Assembly (NCBI GenBank): GCA_045047305.1
Contig: JASFYO010000021.1
Span: 40,915 to 104,914, forward strand
DNA length: 64,000 bases
Reading direction: 5' to 3'
Origin: Planctomycetota bacterium
GTDB taxonomy: Bacteria > Planctomycetota > UBA1135
In this document: positions 50,491 through 59,404 of the stretch, one piece after another
Layout: each line of letters begins with the position of its first letter
Numbering within the stretch: the first letter of the stretch is position 1
Program-made: the position numbers and the translations under genes
Notes under the pieces: model-generated
Databases searched by the model: none
What the model was told of the DNA's origin: nothing
What the model saw: the letters and a program-made list of their open reading frames with translations, nothing else

Positions 50491-52299
50491 TTAAGGCAAC
50501 ACATGGCGCAAATGTAGTTGCATGGCGAGAACTAAATCTTCTTGCATGCCTGGAAGTTTGAGTAACTCCTCCATGTTGGCGTCGCGAATTTTTTGTAAAT
50601 CGCCGCGGTATGCATCCAATAGGATTTTGCGTTTCGCGGGGCCAATCCCTGGCACATCTTCTAGGACTAAGCGCAAATTTTCTCGTTTGCGACGGTGGTA
50701 GCCAATCGCGAAGCGGTGAGCTTCGTCACGTAAACGCTCGAAGAATAATCGTTCGGGGCTTGCCGGCTCCAAAATGCACGGCGCATCATGTTGCGGCAAA
50801 AATAGGCGCTCTTCCGCGGCAACCGGACCGCGCCCCTTGCGCGCCTTAGCCAAAGCGATGATCGAAAGTTGTTGGCCCGATGAAACTAAACTTTCTAAAC
50901 CAGCCGAGAGCTGACCGCGGCCCCCATCAAGAACGAGTAAATCGGGCAACCCTTCTTCGTTGGCGCGGGCCAAAACCCGGGCTACGACCTCGCGCATGGC
51001 TTCGAAATCATCATTGCCGACCCCTCCACCAACCAAGTAGCGGCGATAGGCAGAGCGGGCAGGACGTCCTTCAATAAAACGCACTTTAGAGGCAACACGT
51101 TCTTTCCCTTGCAAATGAGAAATGTCAATGCAGTCGACAATGGAAGGCCGCTCACCGTGGAGGATGTCAGAAATCCGTTGTTCCACCACCGGCCAGGGCG
51201 CACTGGCGACAGCTCCACTTTGGGCACGGGCATTGCTCTCTGCCATACGTACCAGAGCACGGCGCGCTCCACGTTGAGGGGCTTTAATCCGAACCCGCTG
51301 TCCAAGACGCCCTCCCAGCCAAGTTTCCAACGCCTCCGCCTCTTCCGGTAAGGCGCCGACTAAAATCTCCGGTACAATTTCAGTGCCTTCAGGATACAGG
51401 GCTACCAAGAGTTGCGAGATCCCAGCAGCAGGGGTTTCTGGAAGCGGTAAAGAACCGCGGCGCGTATGCAGCCATTCCCCATCACGATATTGAAGTAAAG
51501 CGAAAAAGCCGCGTTCATCAAGGCCAAGTACATCGAAGTCACGTTCGGATTCCAGAAGAACTTTTTGCGGTTCGGCAAGAGATTCCAATGCACGCATACG
51601 GTCGCGCGAACGCATCGCAATCTCATAATTCTGACATTCCGATGCGGCCACCATATGCCTGCGCTCAGACAACAAACGCTCCTGCACTTTGCCACGCAGA
51701 ACTTCGCGAGCGCCCTCAACTGCATGTTGGTAATCCGCTTCACCTACCTGTTTCACACAAGGTGCCGTACACATGCCCATCCCAAGTTTGAGACAGGCGC
51801 GCGAACGATTCGACAAGGTATGGTCGGAACAATCACGTAGTCCAAAAGCGCCTTGCAACAGACGTTTCGCCCTTCTTGCGGATCCGGCATTGGGGTAAGG
51901 CCCAAAGAATTCGCCGTGCTTACCACGCTTTCGAGCTAAACCCAAACGCGGAAACTTATGTTCGGTACTGAGTGAAACAAAGAGGAAGGATTTGTCATCC
52001 TTCAGTAAAATATTCAGCGGAGGCAAATGCAATTTCACCAATCGCTCTTCAAGCAAGATTGCTTCATGCTCATTATCGGTGACGCGAAACTCCGCCGTCA
52101 TGGCATCACGCAGAAGCAACTTCATGCGATCGCGTCCGTCGGCACCTTCGCGTCGGTAAACCTGCACGCGTTTTCGCAGATCTAAGGCTTTGCCCACGTA
52201 GAGCACCTTTTCTTTTTCATCGCGAAAAAGATAAACCCCGGGACGCGATGGCGCGGTCATTAAATCTCGTTCAAATCCAGGGTCTGCGGTGTAACTCAT
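50491..52299 (-). CDS. uvrC: Excinuclease ABC subunit C
   Basis: GIY-YIG (PGVY..YVGKA), Cys cluster, DISH, DGG.GQL, RDEAHRFA, HhH GIGP. Confidence 0.95.
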   Translation of the reverse strand: MSYTADPGFERDLMTAPSRPGVYLFRDEKEKVLYVGKALDLRKRVQVYRREGADGRDRMKLLLRDAMTAEFRVTDNEHEAILLEERLVKLHLPPLNILLKDDKSFLFVSLSTEHKFPRLGLARKRGKHGEFFGPYPNAGSARRAKRLLQGAFGLRDCSDHTLSNRSRACLKLGMGMCTAPCVKQVGEADYQHAVEGAREVLRGKVQERLLSERRHMVAASECQNYEIAMRSRDRMRALESLAEPQKVLLESERDFDVLGLDERGFFALLQYRDGEWLHTRRGSLPLPETPAAGISQLLVALYPEGTEIVPEILVGALPEEAEALETWLGGRLGQRVRIKAPQRGARRALVRMAESNARAQSGAVASAPWPVVEQRISDILHGERPSIVDCIDISHLQGKERVASKVRFIEGRPARSAYRRYLVGGGVGNDDFEAMREVVARVLARANEEGLPDLLVLDGGRGQLSAGLESLVSSGQQLSIIALAKARKGRGPVAAEERLFLPQHDAPCILEPASPERLFFERLRDEAHRFAIGYHRRKRENLRLVLEDVPGIGPAKRKILLDAYRGDLQKIRDANMEELLKLPGMQEDLVLAMQLHLRHVLP

Positions 52300-54284
52300 A
52301 CACCTATTTCCAGTTGCGCCATTTCCAAACGACGCACTTCATCACGCAACCGGATTGCAGTCTCAAAATCTAGAGCGGAGGCCGCCAGAAGCATTTCACG
52401 CTGCAACTCTGCCAGACGTTGGGTGATGGCTTTGGCATCCAAACAATCCACCACAGTTTCAGCTTCGCTCTCTCCACGCAGCAAAGTAGCCAGTGACCCC
52501 TGAATCTTTTTGCGAATGGATTGGGGGACGATGCCATGCTTTTTGTTGTGCGCTCTTTGGATCTCGCGCCGTCGGTCGGATTCCTCTAAGGTTGCGCGTA
52601 AAGACTTGGTCATTTTGTCGGCATAAAAGACCACCAGTCCTTCGACGTTGCGCGCAGCACGACCGCATGTTTGAATAAGAGATGTCGTCGAGCGCAGGAA
52701 GCCCTCACGGTCTGCATCAAGTACCAAAACCAAGGAGACTTCGGGCAAATCCAATCCTTCGCGCAGAAGGTTAATGCCTACTAAGACGTCGTACACTCCA
52801 AGACGTAAGTCGCGCAACAACTCGGAGCGTTCCAATGTTTCAATGTCGGAATGTAAGTAACGCGCACGCACATGGTTTTCCTGCAAAAACTCGGTTAGGT
52901 CCTCTGCACTACGTTTGGTGAGGGTTGTGACCAGAACACGGTTACCTTTTTCTACCACTGGCAGGATGGATGCCAACGCATTCTCCACCTGACCAACTGC
53001 TGGCCGCACCTCACAGGTGGGATCCAACAACCCCGTTGGGCGTACAATTTGCTCCACTGGTGCTTCCGGCGCCAAGCGACGCTCGCGATCCCCAGGAGTT
53101 GCGGAAACATAAAGTACCCGACCAAGTAATGGCTCGAACTCCATCTCAGCCAAGGGTCGGTTATCAACGGCAGACGGCAAACGGAAGCCGTAATCCACCA
53201 AGTTCTGTTTGCGTGCCGCATCGCCTCGCGACATGCCATAGACCTGAGGCAGGGTGACGTGGCTCTCGTCAAGGATGCACAAAAAGTCTTTCGGGAAGTA
53301 ATTGATCAGGGTGAATGGAGGTTGGCCCGAAGCTCGTCCTTCGAAGTGACGGGAATAGTTTTCAATGCCCCCGCAATGGCCAAGCTCCTCCAAATCTTCA
53401 AGATCCGAAAGCGTGCGTCGCTCCAATCGTTCGGCCTCAATATCCTTGCCACTTTTTCGTAGTTCGCGCAAACGCGAATCCATCTCCTGACGAATCGTCA
53501 CGATGCCTTCCGGGATTTTGTCTTCTGGTTGCACATAATGCCCAACTGGATAAACCGCTACGGAGGAAGGCTCTTCCATAATTTCTCCGGTAAGAGGATC
53601 CACATAAAGCAGCGCATCGATGCGATCACCGTCTAACTCTACGCGCAAAACACGCTCTTGCTCATGGATCGGCCAAATCTCAATTGCCGGTCCACGCAGA
53701 CGGAAACTTCCGGGGCGCAAATCTACTTCGGCACGGGTGTGCTGGGTACGCACTAGGCCTCGTAGCAATTCTTCCCTCTTGACGGCAGAGCCCTCCACCA
53801 ATTTCAGCGCGAGCCCTTGGTAGGTTTCAGGATCACCTAATCCATAGATGCAAGAAACGGAGGCCACCACAATGACATCACGCCGGGTTAGAAGAGATGC
53901 GGTTGCGGCATTACGCAGGAGATCGATGCGTTGGTTGATGCGCGCATCCTTCTCGATAAAAGTATCGGAAGAGGGAATATAGGCCTCGGGCTGGAAATAA
54001 TCGTAATAGGAGACGAAATATTCCACCGCATTTTGCGGAAAGAGCTCTTTAAACTCTGCATAAAGTTGACTCGCCAAGGTTTTATTGGGCGCAAGTACCA
54101 AAGTGGGTACTTGTAAATTCTGAATCAAGTTTGCAGCTGTGAAGGTCTTGCCCGAACCGGTCACCCCGAGCAAAATACGCCTGGCATGAAAGTGCTGGAA
54201 TATGTCAACTAGGGCTTCGATAGCCTGGGGCTGATCTCCCTTTGGGGAGAATTCAGTAACGAGTTGGAAGGAAGATGTCACCAC
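52296..54284 (-). CDS. uvrB: Excinuclease ABC subunit B
   Basis: GDQP, GVTGSGKT, YYDYFQPEAY, DESH, GINLLREGLD, GRAARN, UVR tail. Confidence 0.97.
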   Translation of the reverse strand: MVTSSFQLVTEFSPKGDQPQAIEALVDIFQHFHARRILLGVTGSGKTFTAANLIQNLQVPTLVLAPNKTLASQLYAEFKELFPQNAVEYFVSYYDYFQPEAYIPSSDTFIEKDARINQRIDLLRNAATASLLTRRDVIVVASVSCIYGLGDPETYQGLALKLVEGSAVKREELLRGLVRTQHTRAEVDLRPGSFRLRGPAIEIWPIHEQERVLRVELDGDRIDALLYVDPLTGEIMEEPSSVAVYPVGHYVQPEDKIPEGIVTIRQEMDSRLRELRKSGKDIEAERLERRTLSDLEDLEELGHCGGIENYSRHFEGRASGQPPFTLINYFPKDFLCILDESHVTLPQVYGMSRGDAARKQNLVDYGFRLPSAVDNRPLAEMEFEPLLGRVLYVSATPGDRERRLAPEAPVEQIVRPTGLLDPTCEVRPAVGQVENALASILPVVEKGNRVLVTTLTKRSAEDLTEFLQENHVRARYLHSDIETLERSELLRDLRLGVYDVLVGINLLREGLDLPEVSLVLVLDADREGFLRSTTSLIQTCGRAARNVEGLVVFYADKMTKSLRATLEESDRRREIQRAHNKKHGIVPQSIRKKIQGSLATLLRGESEAETVVDCLDAKAITQRLAELQREMLLAASALDFETAIRLRDEVRRLEMAQLEIGV

Positions 54285-54364
54285 GGTGCCTGAGGGAGAC
54301 TATTCTAGACCCGGCGTCGGCTCCTTCCCTGCCGACCCACCTCCATCCCACGACAGAACCCAAA

Positions 54365-56326
54365 ATGTCTGAACGCATCGGTATTTGTGAACAGTGTGGC
54401 CAAAAATTTGGCGGCATCCCTGACTCGGTTACAGCACTCAAGGTGAAATGCACCGAGTGTGGTGGCGCGGTTGCGATCCCTCCTCTCCCAGAGGCGCCAG
54501 TGGCAGTCACTCCTCCCAGCGTTGAGGTGGAGCCAGCTGCCGCCTCAGCACCCAAACCACCCAATCCAGTAGCTCCTGCTGTTGCCCCACCTACGAGAAA
54601 ACCGTTTGCTGCACCCTTAGGTGGAAATAAGCCAAAAGCTAATATCCGTCCTGGTTCGGCCAAACCGGTGGACCGCGATGTGGCGGCGCCGAAAAAACCG
54701 GCCGATCCCAAAATTGTAAAGCCACTGGTGCCGCTGAAGCCTGTGGTGAAGATTGCGAAACCAATAAAGCCCCTAAGGCCGGTTACGAAACCCGCCAAGC
54801 CCATCCTGCCGCTGAAAAAGCCTGCGGCTCCGATAAAGCCACTGGTTCCAGTAAAACCTATTGCCAAGCCCGCCGCGCCGGTGAAACCAGTCCCAAAAGA
54901 GACTCCAGCGCCGAAGCCAGTAGCGAAAGTGGTTCCAAAGCCAGCAATTCCTGTGGCTAAAAAGCAACCTGCAGCAGCACCAAAACCTGCGGCACCTAAA
55001 AAGGTGGTTCCAGTTGCCAAAAAACCAGCTGCCCCAGTGGTAAAACCAGCTGCAGCGCCTGCACTGAAAAAGAAGGAAGTCGCAAAACCGACCGCCGCTG
55101 ACATCATCGCGAAGGCTAAAGCTAAGAAGGCGGCTGAAGCCAAACCATCGGCGGCTGACATCATTGCCAAAGCCAAGGCCAAACGGGCCAAGGAAAGTTT
55201 GGCTCCAGCCGACAAGAAACATTCTGCCGCAGACATCATTGCGAAAGCTAAGGCGAAACGTGAAAGTAACACCAAGACATCGGTGAAGCCCGGCATGAAA
55301 AAGGTTGCCTTGGCTAGCGGGCGCCCCAAAGTTGTTGTTGCGGTTGCTGGAGCCGGTTCCCGTAAACGTCCGGCAGGCAGCGGAGCCTCCTCACGCTCGC
55401 GCCGGCGGCGTCAAGCCGAGGAAGAAATTCCAGAAAAATCCAAAGCTCCACTTTTAATTGTTGGAGTCCTAGTTCTTGGCGGTGGCGGATTCGGCATCTG
55501 GGCCCTGATGAAAGGCGATTCCGCAGATACAAGCAACACCGAAAATGTGGTGGTGAATGTCCCTGCAGAGTCCACATCAACTTCAAGCGAAACTACAGCA
55601 AACTCCAATCTTGCGACTACTACCAACCCGGCAGCATCTGGGCAGGCCCAAGTAGAGTCCCCTTCGGATGCCACTTCTTCCGCCGCGGGTAGTGAAACCG
55701 CCGCCAACGCAGAGACTCCCGCAGAAGCAGTGGAACAGCCAAAACCAGCAGCTGCAGCAAGTTCGGAATTCACCATCCCCGCAGCCGGTGAAAGGATTAA
55801 TACCCGTGGCGTCACCGATGCTTCGCTCATCCGTTTCGACCAGGTGACTCCACTTAAAAAAGCGAGTGATACCCCAGATGATGTATGGAACGAAGCGGTG
55901 GAAGACCTCGCGCTTTACTTGGAAGATTCTGGAGCTTCCTCCAATCGTGCGGGTAATCGTCTCGCCGAAGATTACCCGCGAGCCGCTTACCCAGCCATCA
56001 TCAACGCCATGTTGAATGCTGACTACACTTCAGCCGAAGGGCTTTTTCAGGTGGCCGCTCTGAATAATCTGATGTTGCGCATTGGCACCAAAGACTTGAA
56101 TTGGAAGCAGACAGAATTTTTTGAGCCGGGCACCGAGGAATGGAACAAAGCTGTGGTGTTCAACAAAAGAGTGGTTGCAGCTTGGCACAACCTATGGGTT
56201 GATAATTACGCAAACAGCCTTTCCGCATGGAACGGTTTTAGCAAGGTTGCAGCCGAAGCTGCCGCTGCCGAACAGGCTGTTGATGCCGGTGGTATCGTCG
56301 GGCCGGACGATGACATGTTTGACTAA
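54365..56326 (+). CDS. Bitopic protein: Zn ribbon, Pro/Lys/Ala-rich linker, TM, Ser/Thr/Ala spacer, globular C-domain
   Basis: CEQC..CTEC at the N-terminus, about 250 aa of low complexity, TM LLIVGVLVLGGGGFGIWAL. Confidence 0.85.
   Translation: MSERIGICEQCGQKFGGIPDSVTALKVKCTECGGAVAIPPLPEAPVAVTPPSVEVEPAAASAPKPPNPVAPAVAPPTRKPFAAPLGGNKPKANIRPGSAKPVDRDVAAPKKPADPKIVKPLVPLKPVVKIAKPIKPLRPVTKPAKPILPLKKPAAPIKPLVPVKPIAKPAAPVKPVPKETPAPKPVAKVVPKPAIPVAKKQPAAAPKPAAPKKVVPVAKKPAAPVVKPAAAPALKKKEVAKPTAADIIAKAKAKKAAEAKPSAADIIAKAKAKRAKESLAPADKKHSAADIIAKAKAKRESNTKTSVKPGMKKVALASGRPKVVVAVAGAGSRKRPAGSGASSRSRRRRQAEEEIPEKSKAPLLIVGVLVLGGGGFGIWALMKGDSADTSNTENVVVNVPAESTSTSSETTANSNLATTTNPAASGQAQVESPSDATSSAAGSETAANAETPAEAVEQPKPAAAASSEFTIPAAGERINTRGVTDASLIRFDQVTPLKKASDTPDDVWNEAVEDLALYLEDSGASSNRAGNRLAEDYPRAAYPAIINAMLNADYTSAEGLFQVAALNNLMLRIGTKDLNWKQTEFFEPGTEEWNKAVVFNKRVVAAWHNLWVDNYANSLSAWNGFSKVAAEAAAAEQAVDAGGIVGPDDDMFD
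55094..55258 (+). repeat. Three copies of the peptide repeat AADIIAKAKAK
   Basis: Copies start at 55094, 55151 and 55226; identical amino acids with differing codons. Confidence 0.85.
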
Positions 56327-56338
56327 GGCACGAAGAAA

Positions 56339-56584
56339 CTAATCGACGGGGCGATCTTCGCCCTCGTCGAGATGTTCGACCTGAACGCCTTCATCGACCA
56401 GGTACTGCACAGCCTGCTCCACATTCGCATCGTCTCCTTCCAACTCGAGGGAGAGGATTGCAATGGTCTCAGTCACACTCGCACCCCGGATATTAGGGAC
56501 CACCTTAAAACGATTCACCAAAGTGAACAGAAGAGGTTGCTTGATCAGCTTTTGAGGAATGGTGCAGAAGAGCTTACGTTTCAT
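56339..56584 (-). CDS. NIL domain (ACT-like) protein
   Basis: MKRKL....P..LI..P....L...F.V.PNIR.A.V......L.LEL.G......A...L...GV.VE. Confidence 0.8.
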   Translation of the reverse strand: MKRKLFCTIPQKLIKQPLLFTLVNRFKVVPNIRGASVTETIAILSLELEGDDANVEQAVQYLVDEGVQVEHLDEGEDRPVD

Positions 56585-57071
56585 CGCATTGGGCAGGGCT
56601 GTTATCCCTAGCCTGGATTGTACCCGATAACGGCAGGAGGAAGCGGAGCAGTGCACACATGCCAACGTAACTGAGAAATAGGCTCAGGAAGCTAGGAGAT
56701 GGCAAAAGGGATACCGAGCCCCAATTTTGATAAAACCACCCGCCCGCAAGTGGATCCCACCCTGCACCTGAAAGACCGTGTCCGGGCCATAGAGCCCATA
56801 ACCAAGGCTTCGATGGGGCCCAAAGAGGCAAACTACAGAGGCCAGCCCAAAGCAAAATCCCACGGATTGGGTGCATATTGGGTCCGCAAATCAAAAAAAG
56901 AAAATAACTCGCCGCGCAAGCTAGAGTCCAGGCGGGCAACACGGCACTAAAACCAAACATCAAACCAACTACCCCTGCCAGAAACAGAAGGAGAAAGCCG
57001 ATGCGTCTGCCCAATAGGACCACAATGGGTCCCAAAAACAAAAGCACGGAAGCGAAAAGCGGTGGATTCAA
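56574..57071 (-). CDS. Hypothetical membrane protein (start uncertain)
   Basis: Hydrophobic ORF with about 4-5 TM helices; start moved downstream to avoid overlapping tRNA-Cys. Confidence 0.5.
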   Translation of the reverse strand: MNPPLFASVLLFLGPIVVLLGRRIGFLLLFLAGVVGLMFGFSAVLPAWTLACAASYFLFLICGPNMHPIRGILLWAGLCSLPLWAPSKPWLWALWPGHGLSGAGWDPLAGGWFYQNWGSVSLLPSPSFLSLFLSYVGMCALLRFLLPLSGTIQARDNSPAQCDET

Positions 57072-57112
57072 GCTAGACAGGCCCTTACGTGGAGCATACA
57101 CTTCCGCGCGGT

Positions 57113-57189
57113 GGCGGCATAGCCAAGTGGCCCAAGGCGATTGATTGCAAATCAATTATTCCCCAGTTCAAATCTGGGTGCCGCCTCCA
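57113..57189 (+). tRNA. tRNA-Cys(GCA)
   Basis: GGCGGCA/TGCCGCC acceptor stem, anticodon arm ATTGA-TTGCAAA-TCAAT, T-loop GTTCAAATC, U73 discriminator, encoded CCA. Confidence 0.96.
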
Positions 57190-57194
57190 ACCCC

Positions 57195-57575
57195 CTAGTG
57201 GGAAGCCTGTGCGGAGCGTTTTGCTCCCGGGAGAAGCTGAGAAATGCCTAAAAGGAGCCAGCTTAAAATGGAAAGACTGCCGCCGAAGGGTGCAACTCCG
57301 AAGCTCTTTTCAGTCAAGGCGCCCAAATATACGTCGCCGCAAAACAGGATTGCTGCAAGAAAAAGACCATGTGCCGCGATGGCAACCCAGCGCGAACCTT
57401 GCAAATGAAACAAAATCCCACACAAGATTAAGCCAAATCCAGCGTAAATTTGTTGGCCAATACCCCGTCCAAACGAGACATAAGCGTGCTCTGTCAGGCT
57501 TTCAGTCAATCCATGGGCATGCCAGGCAGACAGGGCGATTGCCAATGAAAGGAGAATGGAACCAACAGCAATCAT
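57195..57575 (-). CDS. DUF423 family small membrane protein
   Basis: A..AHGL, ILF.G..Y, AP.GG...I..W. Confidence 0.8.
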   Translation of the reverse strand: MIAVGSILLSLAIALSAWHAHGLTESLTEHAYVSFGRGIGQQIYAGFGLILCGILFHLQGSRWVAIAAHGLFLAAILFCGDVYLGALTEKSFGVAPFGGSLSILSWLLLGISQLLPGAKRSAQASH

Positions 57576-57628
57576 AAGACGGGGTAGGAATGACACGGCG
57601 GATAGGATAATGTCCTCCTTCCAAGTTT

Positions 57629-57704
57629 GGGGGGGTAGCCCAATGGCAGAGGCAGAGGACTTAAAATCCTCCCAGTGCGGGTTCGACTCCCGTCCCCCCT
57701 ACCA
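57629..57704 (+). tRNA. tRNA-Leu(TAA), short variable loop
   Basis: GGGGGGG/CCCCCCT acceptor stem, D-arm GCCCAATGGCAGAGGC, GAGGA-CTTAAAA-TCCTC, GCGGG-TTCGACT-CCCGT, A73, CCA; 76 nt. Confidence 0.93.
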
Positions 57705-57809
57705 AACCCTAGGAAATGCAGCTTATCCCTTGCTGTAGGCTGTTCAGACCTTGTGGCCGAGGCCGAAATCTGGGAGAATGTCCGGCTCCCCCGCGGATTT
57801 AACCGCGAC

Positions 57810-59144
57810 ATGGAAAACACCAAAAACGCCGCAATTACTGCCGACTCCGCCATGGATTCGACCCAGGATTCCCTCACCGCCACGGACAGCCGCACGGACA
57901 AGACCTATGTCCTGCCCATCACCGACGACACGATTCCTGCCATTGATTTGCGCGGGATTAAGGTCCAGGAAGGTGATTTTGGCATGCTGTCCTACGACCC
58001 AGGTCTCACCAACACTGTGATCGGTCGCAGCTCCATCTGCTTCATTGATGGGGAAAAAGGTATTTTAGAATACCGCGGTTACAGAATCGAGGACATGGCC
58101 AATCATGGCTCCTATTTGGAGATTGCGTGGTTAATCCTGAATGGCGAGCTGCCCAATGCTGCGGAACTAGATTTGTTCCGTGCCGAAGTGCGTGCCGCCA
58201 CAGTGATTCCTGAAAACATGGTAAAATTGGCCGACGCCCTCAACGCCGAAATGCACCCGATGTCGATGCTTGAGTCCATGTTGAGCGCTTTGGGTGGCGA
58301 ATTCCCTGAAGCCGATCAAGTGTTGGACCCGGAAGTTCGGCATCAACAAATCATACGCTTAATTGCCTTGACCCCAGTCCTTGCGGCACTGGGACACCGC
58401 CGCCGCGAAGGATTAGGGTCCATCGAAGTCAAGCCGGAGTTGTCTTACACCGGCAATTTCTTGCACATGTTGCTAAGCAAAGATGGTCGTGAAGCCAATT
58501 TGGCACCAGCCCTTGAGCGCGCGATGGATGCCTTGCTCGTTTTGCACGCTGAGCACGAGCAGAACTGTTCTGCCAATGCGGTGCGCGCAGTTGGAAGTAG
58601 TCAAGTCAATCCTTACTCGGCGGTAGCAGCAGGTGCTGCAGCCCTGCATGGTCCTCTTCATGGTGGCGCCAACCAGGCCGTCCTTGAAATGCTGGATCAG
58701 ATTGACTGCATGGAAGATGTACCTGCATTCATTGATTCCTGTAAAAATGGCGATCGGCGTTTAATGGGATTCGGCCATCGGGTCTACAAAAACCATGACC
58801 CCCGGGCCAAAGTAATTGGGGATCTCGCAGGCAGCGTGTTCGAGGCAACGGAACCCAATCCCAAGCTGGAGATTGCACGCGAACTGGAGCGCATTGCTTT
58901 AGAAGACCCCTACTTCGTAGATCGTAAGCTGTTCCCGAACGTCGACTTCTACTCTGGTTTGATTTACTCCGCCATGGGCTTCAAGCCACAATCATTCACG
59001 GTGTTCTTCGCCGTCGCCCGGATGATTGGCTGGTTGACCCACTGGAACGAGATGATGTCCGACCCTAAAACTCGGATCGTCCGCCCGCGTCAGATTTACA
59101 CTGGTTACAGCCGCCGCGATTGGGTGGCGATGCCCGACCGCTAG
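57810..59144 (+). CDS. gltA: Citrate synthase
   Basis: DG.KG.L.YRGY, HAEHEQNCS, GPLHGGAN, MGFGHRVYK..DPRA, PNVDFYSG, RPRQ.Y.G. Confidence 0.96.
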   Translation: MENTKNAAITADSAMDSTQDSLTATDSRTDKTYVLPITDDTIPAIDLRGIKVQEGDFGMLSYDPGLTNTVIGRSSICFIDGEKGILEYRGYRIEDMANHGSYLEIAWLILNGELPNAAELDLFRAEVRAATVIPENMVKLADALNAEMHPMSMLESMLSALGGEFPEADQVLDPEVRHQQIIRLIALTPVLAALGHRRREGLGSIEVKPELSYTGNFLHMLLSKDGREANLAPALERAMDALLVLHAEHEQNCSANAVRAVGSSQVNPYSAVAAGAAALHGPLHGGANQAVLEMLDQIDCMEDVPAFIDSCKNGDRRLMGFGHRVYKNHDPRAKVIGDLAGSVFEATEPNPKLEIARELERIALEDPYFVDRKLFPNVDFYSGLIYSAMGFKPQSFTVFFAVARMIGWLTHWNEMMSDPKTRIVRPRQIYTGYSRRDWVAMPDR

Positions 59145-59145
59145 G

Positions 59146-59303
59146 CTTGCACCGACAAAAATTTAAGAAACGTTCACCCAGCGCGGTGACGTAGACTTGA
59201 ATCGCGCACTTAGCGTCAGGCGTTAAGTGACTGTTGCAATGACCGAGCCATGGCCTTCGCGGATCCCACTATATAGAAGGAAAGCGCTGGGGCGAGGTGC
59301 AAG
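59146..59303. ncRNA. Candidate structured RNA (rod-like) between convergent gltA and pepA
   Basis: Nested complementary segments CTTGCACC/GGTGCAAG, CCCAGCGC/GCGCTGGG and CACTTAGCG/CGTTAAGTG. Confidence 0.35.
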
Positions 59304-59352
59304 GCGCCAGCAAGAGAAAACAATATGGCGCTTTGCATGGAGCACCATTTAT

Positions 59353-59385
59353 AAAAAAGGAGGCGACCCGCGAAGGCCGCCTCCT
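59353..59385 (-). terminator. Intrinsic terminator of pepA
   Basis: Minus strand AGGAGGCGGCC-TTCGCG-GGTCGCCTCCT followed by TTTTT. Confidence 0.85.
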
Positions 59386-59404
59386 GCATTCAAAGCGCGT
59401 AAAC

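Noticed and set aside
54700..55070. Repetitive DNA resembling an array
   Set aside because: These are degenerate codon-level repeats of a Pro/Lys/Ala peptide, with no fixed repeat-spacer period, so not CRISPR
54253..55329. 358-aa antisense ORF rich in G/F/A/T
   Set aside because: It is the shadow of the Pro/Lys/Ala low-complexity coding strand
56599..56610. TAGGGATAACAG on the minus strand, matching the first 12 nt of the I-SceI site
   Set aside because: The remaining 6 nt do not match and there is no vector context; treated as chance
57113..57704. tRNA pair as an integration site or genomic island
   Set aside because: I saw no duplicated tRNA 3' ends or integrase nearby; only a DUF423 gene lies between them
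57675..57809. N-terminal extensions in the ORF track (gltA, also dnaK, sucC, miaB, folD and others)
   Set aside because: They overlap tRNAs, promoters or neighbouring genes; downstream ATGs match the family N-termini
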